A stretch of DNA of 32,000 nt from Desulfotalea psychrophila LSv54. GTDB taxonomy: Bacteria; Desulfobacterota; Desulfobulbia; Desulfobulbales; Desulfocapsaceae. Both the position numbers and the translations under genes were made by a program. This document shows positions 28,767 to 32,000 of the stretch, one piece after another. Position 1 is the first letter of the stretch, and every line of letters begins with the position of its first letter. The stretch covers positions 3,090,001 through 3,122,000 of the forward strand of contig NC_006138.1 of NCBI RefSeq assembly GCF_000025945.1, read 5' to 3'. The notes below the pieces were generated by a model, which was given only the letters and a program-made list of their open reading frames with translations, made no database searches and was not told the origin of the DNA.

Positions 28767-30425
28767 CTACATACTCTTTGGTGCAGTCAAACCAATAATG
28801 TGCAAGCCATTTTGCAAGGTCAACTGCAGAGCCTGAATCAAGCAGAGACGAGCCTGACTTAACTCAAGGTCCTCTGTTATCACCTTATGCTTATTATAAT
28901 AGCTATGAAATTGACCAGCGAACTCCATAAGATAATGAATAAACTTATGAGGGGCAAGATCCAGGGCACTGCCCTCAATAGCCGCCGGAAAACCAGACAG
29001 AGTTTTCAGGAGAGCCAACTCTTCCGGCTCCTGTAACCTCTGCAGTAGGCTTGATCCTACCTCTGCCGGCACAATTCCCCTCTCACCACTCTGGGCAAGA
29101 ATAGAGCAGAGACGGGCATGGGCATACTGCACATAATAAACAGGATTATCCTGGCTTTGACTGGTGGCAAGATCGAGATCAAATTCCAGCTGACTATCTG
29201 CCTTACGAAGCATATAGAAGAAACGTAATACGTCTTCCCCTACCACATCGATAAGCTCATCAACAGTAACAAAATTTGCCTTACGGGTCGACATTTTCAC
29301 CTGCTTGCCATCCCGGGTCAGAGTAACAAATTGATGCAAAAGCACGGTAACCTTAGAAGCATCATATCCCAGGGCCTCAACACCTGAGAGAACATCGGGT
29401 ACGGTGGCAATATGATCAGAGCCGAAGATATCAATCAGCCAATCAAAGTTCCGCTTAAACTTCTCACGGTGATAGGCAATATCGGGAAGACGATAGGTGG
29501 GCTCGCCGGTGGATTTAATGATAACACGGTCTTTCTCTTGACCTAACTTTGTAGTCTCAAACCATACTGCGTCATCTTTTTCGTAGACAAGTCCCTTATC
29601 ACGCAACTCCTGAACAACAGAATCAATATGACCATTCTCATAGAGAGAGCGCTCATTGTAGTAATTGTCAAAATGGATGCCCATACGTTCAAGGGTACCA
29701 GAGATATCCTTAAAGATAGCCTTTTCAGCTTGATCTTTAAAGGGTTCTACATCCGGTTCATCCTTTAATTTTTCTCCGTGCTCATCAACAAGGCTCTGAG
29801 CAATATCAATAATATACTCACCCTGATAACCATCCTCTGGAAAAGAGAACTCGGCACCAATAAGCTCAAGATAGCGGGCCCGGGTAGATTCCCCCAAAAC
29901 ACGCATCTGACGGCCGGCATTATTATAATAGTATTCACGAAAAACATCGTGGTTAGTAGCCTCAAGCAAACGGGCAATGGAATCACCGAGAATTGCCTGA
30001 CGGCCATGACCAATAGAGAGAGGGCCCGTAGGGTTAGCGCTGACAAATTCAACCATCACCTTACGACCGGCGCCCACCTGACTGCGACCAAAGTTCTCTC
30101 CTGCAGAAAAGACCTCAGCCAATACCCCGTGCCATACAGCTGGTTGAATGGTGATATTGACAAAGCCCGGGCCTGCAATCTCTACCCCTGCAACAATAGC
30201 AGTTTCCAGGCCAAGCTTTTCGGCAACAATGCCCGCAAGCTCACGCGGATTGCGTTTTTCAATACCTGCAAGCACCAGAGCTATATTGGTCGAAAAATCG
30301 CCCTGCCCCTCATGCTTTGGCAACTCTACGGTATACTTGCCAGCACCACGATCACTCCACGATCCATTGTCTACACCTTCCTGAAAACAACGATCCAAAA
30401 GCTCTTTTAACTGTGAACGAATCAT
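28767..30425 (-). CDS. argS: Arginyl-tRNA synthetase
   Basis: VMVEFVSANPTGPLSIGHGRQAILGDSIARLLEATNHDVFREYYYNNAGRQM...QMSTRKANFVTVDELIDVVGEDVLRFF... C-terminus GLHIIGLTAPKSM. Confidence 0.97.
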   Translation of the reverse strand: MIRSQLKELLDRCFQEGVDNGSWSDRGAGKYTVELPKHEGQGDFSTNIALVLAGIEKRNPRELAGIVAEKLGLETAIVAGVEIAGPGFVNITIQPAVWHGVLAEVFSAGENFGRSQVGAGRKVMVEFVSANPTGPLSIGHGRQAILGDSIARLLEATNHDVFREYYYNNAGRQMRVLGESTRARYLELIGAEFSFPEDGYQGEYIIDIAQSLVDEHGEKLKDEPDVEPFKDQAEKAIFKDISGTLERMGIHFDNYYNERSLYENGHIDSVVQELRDKGLVYEKDDAVWFETTKLGQEKDRVIIKSTGEPTYRLPDIAYHREKFKRNFDWLIDIFGSDHIATVPDVLSGVEALGYDASKVTVLLHQFVTLTRDGKQVKMSTRKANFVTVDELIDVVGEDVLRFFYMLRKADSQLEFDLDLATSQSQDNPVYYVQYAHARLCSILAQSGERGIVPAEVGSSLLQRLQEPEELALLKTLSGFPAAIEGSALDLAPHKFIHYLMEFAGQFHSYYNKHKVITEDLELSQARLCLIQALQLTLQNGLHIIGLTAPKSM

Positions 30426-30472
30426 AAATAATACACCTTATCTAAAGCACTACGTGAAAGCACATTTTAAAA

Positions 30473-31594
30473 TCAATCTACATACAATCTATTGTTTGTA
30501 TGCCCCAGCATACAAAGTATTTCATAGCTAATGGTATCTGCCCATTCGGCAATATCATCCGCTGTAATTCTCTCATTTCCCTGCTCACCGAGGAGTACGA
30601 CCTCATCCCCTGCCGTCACATTTTCAATATCGGTAACGTCCACAACACAGGCATTCATACATATCTGCCCACGTACAGGAGCCCGCTGACCACGAATCAA
30701 AACCTCGGCCTTATTGGACAGAGACCTACGATAACCATCCTCATACCCCGTTGGCAAAACAGCAAGAAGTGTTGGCCTTTTGGTAATATAGCTATGACCG
30801 TAACTGACGCCTGTTCCGGCGGCCACCTTTTTAACCTGTAAAATTCTGCTACGAAAACTCATGGCAGGAATAAAGGGACTCGTGCCTCCACCCTCTATCG
30901 CACCTGCAGGATGATAACCATAAATACTAATACCCGAACGGCCCATATCAAAAAGAGACTCGGGAAAGTTAAGCACGCCACCGGAATTTGCAAGATGACA
31001 AACAGTTGAAAATTCAGATTTTAAAACCACATCTAAACTTGCAAAGCGACGAATACCATCACGACTTGATGGAGAATTGACAACATCTGCCTCGGGGAAA
31101 TGGCTTAACATTCCGGCAACAAAGACCCCTGAAAGTCGGGAAATATTATGGGCTACGCCAAGTACCTGCTCAGGCTCAAAGCCCAGACGCCTCATACCTG
31201 TATCGACCTTTATATGACAACCTATTTCATAACCACGTTTCACCCCCTCTACAGAAAGGGCCACAATATCTTCATAGCAGTGAACAACGGGGGTTAGCCT
31301 ATAGTCAAACATAAGGCCGACCGCATCCAGATCAAAGCCAAGCATAACAAAGATATCACCGGTAATACCAGCATCTCGCAGGAGGACAGCCTCTCGAATC
31401 TCAGCTACGCCAAAAGAGCTACAGGCAACATCCTGCAGGGCCTTTGCCACCTCAACTGCGCCATGACCATAGGCATCAGCCTTGACCATAGCCATCAGCT
31501 TCCCACCCTGGCCCATCTTGTCCTGCATGGTCTTAAAATTTTTTCTTAAGGCAGAACGACATACAGTCACATTATTAAAGGAATTTCGTTTCAT
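30473..31594 (-). CDS. alr: Alanine racemase
   Basis: MAMVKADAYGHGAVEVAKAL (PLP Lys motif), HIKVDTGMRRLGF, RSRILQVKKVAAGTGVSYGHSY, CMNACVVDVTD, EILCMLG..NNRLYV. Confidence 0.96.
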   Translation of the reverse strand: MKRNSFNNVTVCRSALRKNFKTMQDKMGQGGKLMAMVKADAYGHGAVEVAKALQDVACSSFGVAEIREAVLLRDAGITGDIFVMLGFDLDAVGLMFDYRLTPVVHCYEDIVALSVEGVKRGYEIGCHIKVDTGMRRLGFEPEQVLGVAHNISRLSGVFVAGMLSHFPEADVVNSPSSRDGIRRFASLDVVLKSEFSTVCHLANSGGVLNFPESLFDMGRSGISIYGYHPAGAIEGGGTSPFIPAMSFRSRILQVKKVAAGTGVSYGHSYITKRPTLLAVLPTGYEDGYRRSLSNKAEVLIRGQRAPVRGQICMNACVVDVTDIENVTAGDEVVLLGEQGNERITADDIAEWADTISYEILCMLGHTNNRLYVD

Positions 31595-31697
31595 AATCTT
31601 ATAGCTCCCAGGCCAGAATACACGAATGCATCCGACATATAAAAGTTAAAGTTACATACTCCGACACACCAACAAATGACGCATGAAAATTGTGCAA

Positions 31698-32000
31698 CTA
31701 ACGATTTTGTAACCAGGCCCTCCAGCCATAACGGCTAGAGAAAAATAGAGACCAACCAATGGTACAACAAAAAAATGCCAGATATGATGAAGGCAAAAGT
31801 GACATACGCAACAGAATACCCATGAAAGCCATACAGAAAACAAGTCCCCATGTTTTCCAAGAATATACAGCGCCCAGACAGGTTCCGTCATTGAGCAACA
31901 GTATACGCTGAATGCTCCTACGGGCAGCACGATCAAGAATCAAATACGATTTCAAACTTCCGGATATAATTGCCAGGATAATGATGAGATAAGACGAATG
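31698..32000 (-). CDS. Small membrane protein, 5' end beyond the right edge
   Basis: Open frame to 32000: HSSYLIIILAIISGSLKSYLILDRAARRSIQRILLLNDGTCLGAVYSWKTWGLVFCMAFMGILLRMS...GWSLFFSSRYGWRAWLQNR. Hydrophobic with a conserved-looking LGxVYSWKTW segment. Confidence 0.65.
   Translation of the reverse strand, partial: HSSYLIIILAIISGSLKSYLILDRAARRSIQRILLLNDGTCLGAVYSWKTWGLVFCMAFMGILLRMSLLPSSYLAFFCCTIGWSLFFSSRYGWRAWLQNR

Noticed and set aside
29778-30410. 210-aa plus-strand ORF
   Set aside because: Antisense to argS; no domain signature.
1-32000. Mobile elements, phage genes, defence systems, toxin-antitoxin pairs, CRISPR arrays
   Set aside because: No transposase, integrase, reverse transcriptase, nuclease/helicase defence gene or regular spacer-repeat array was seen; nearly all of the window is explained by core genes.

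Overview
This 32 kb window is mostly ordinary bacterial housekeeping DNA. Gene content and order (ispE-tRNA-Gln-prs-rplY-pth-carD-type block, DUF1844, DUF4080-type radical SAM, short NAGS-like GNAT) suggest a deltaproteobacterium of the Desulfobulbales/Desulfotalea type; this is an inference, not a database result. Main genes left to right: rho (partial), coaE, an rluD-family gene, carD, pth, rplY, prs, two identical tRNA-Gln(UUG), ispE, a DUF1844 gene, gltX, glnS, a DUF4177-like gene broken by an in-frame TAG, a secreted MORN-repeat protein, a small Cys-rich protein, a SixA-like phosphatase, argJ, a cardiolipin synthase, a PPK2-type kinase, a B12-binding radical SAM protein, a YicG/UPF0126 protein, a DcuA/DcuB-type carrier, an MFS transporter with a C-terminal frameshift, an MBL-fold hydrolase, a PaaI-type thioesterase, secA, a GNAT/NAGS-like gene, argS, alr, and a partial small membrane protein. 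I found no CRISPR array, phage, transposase, toxin-antitoxin, defence or biosynthetic cluster. The best leads for unexplained biology are non-coding or degenerate: (1) a ~137-nt imperfect palindrome at 23645-23781 whose arm differences are mostly G-U compatible on the + strand; (2) a 241-bp structure-rich intergenic region at 28526-28766; (3) a DUF4177-like gene with an in-frame TAG at 11969-11971; (4) a +1 frame disruption at ~23501 in the MFS gene; (5) a 19-codon leader ORF overlapping the rho start codon. No exciting new protein system is evident.
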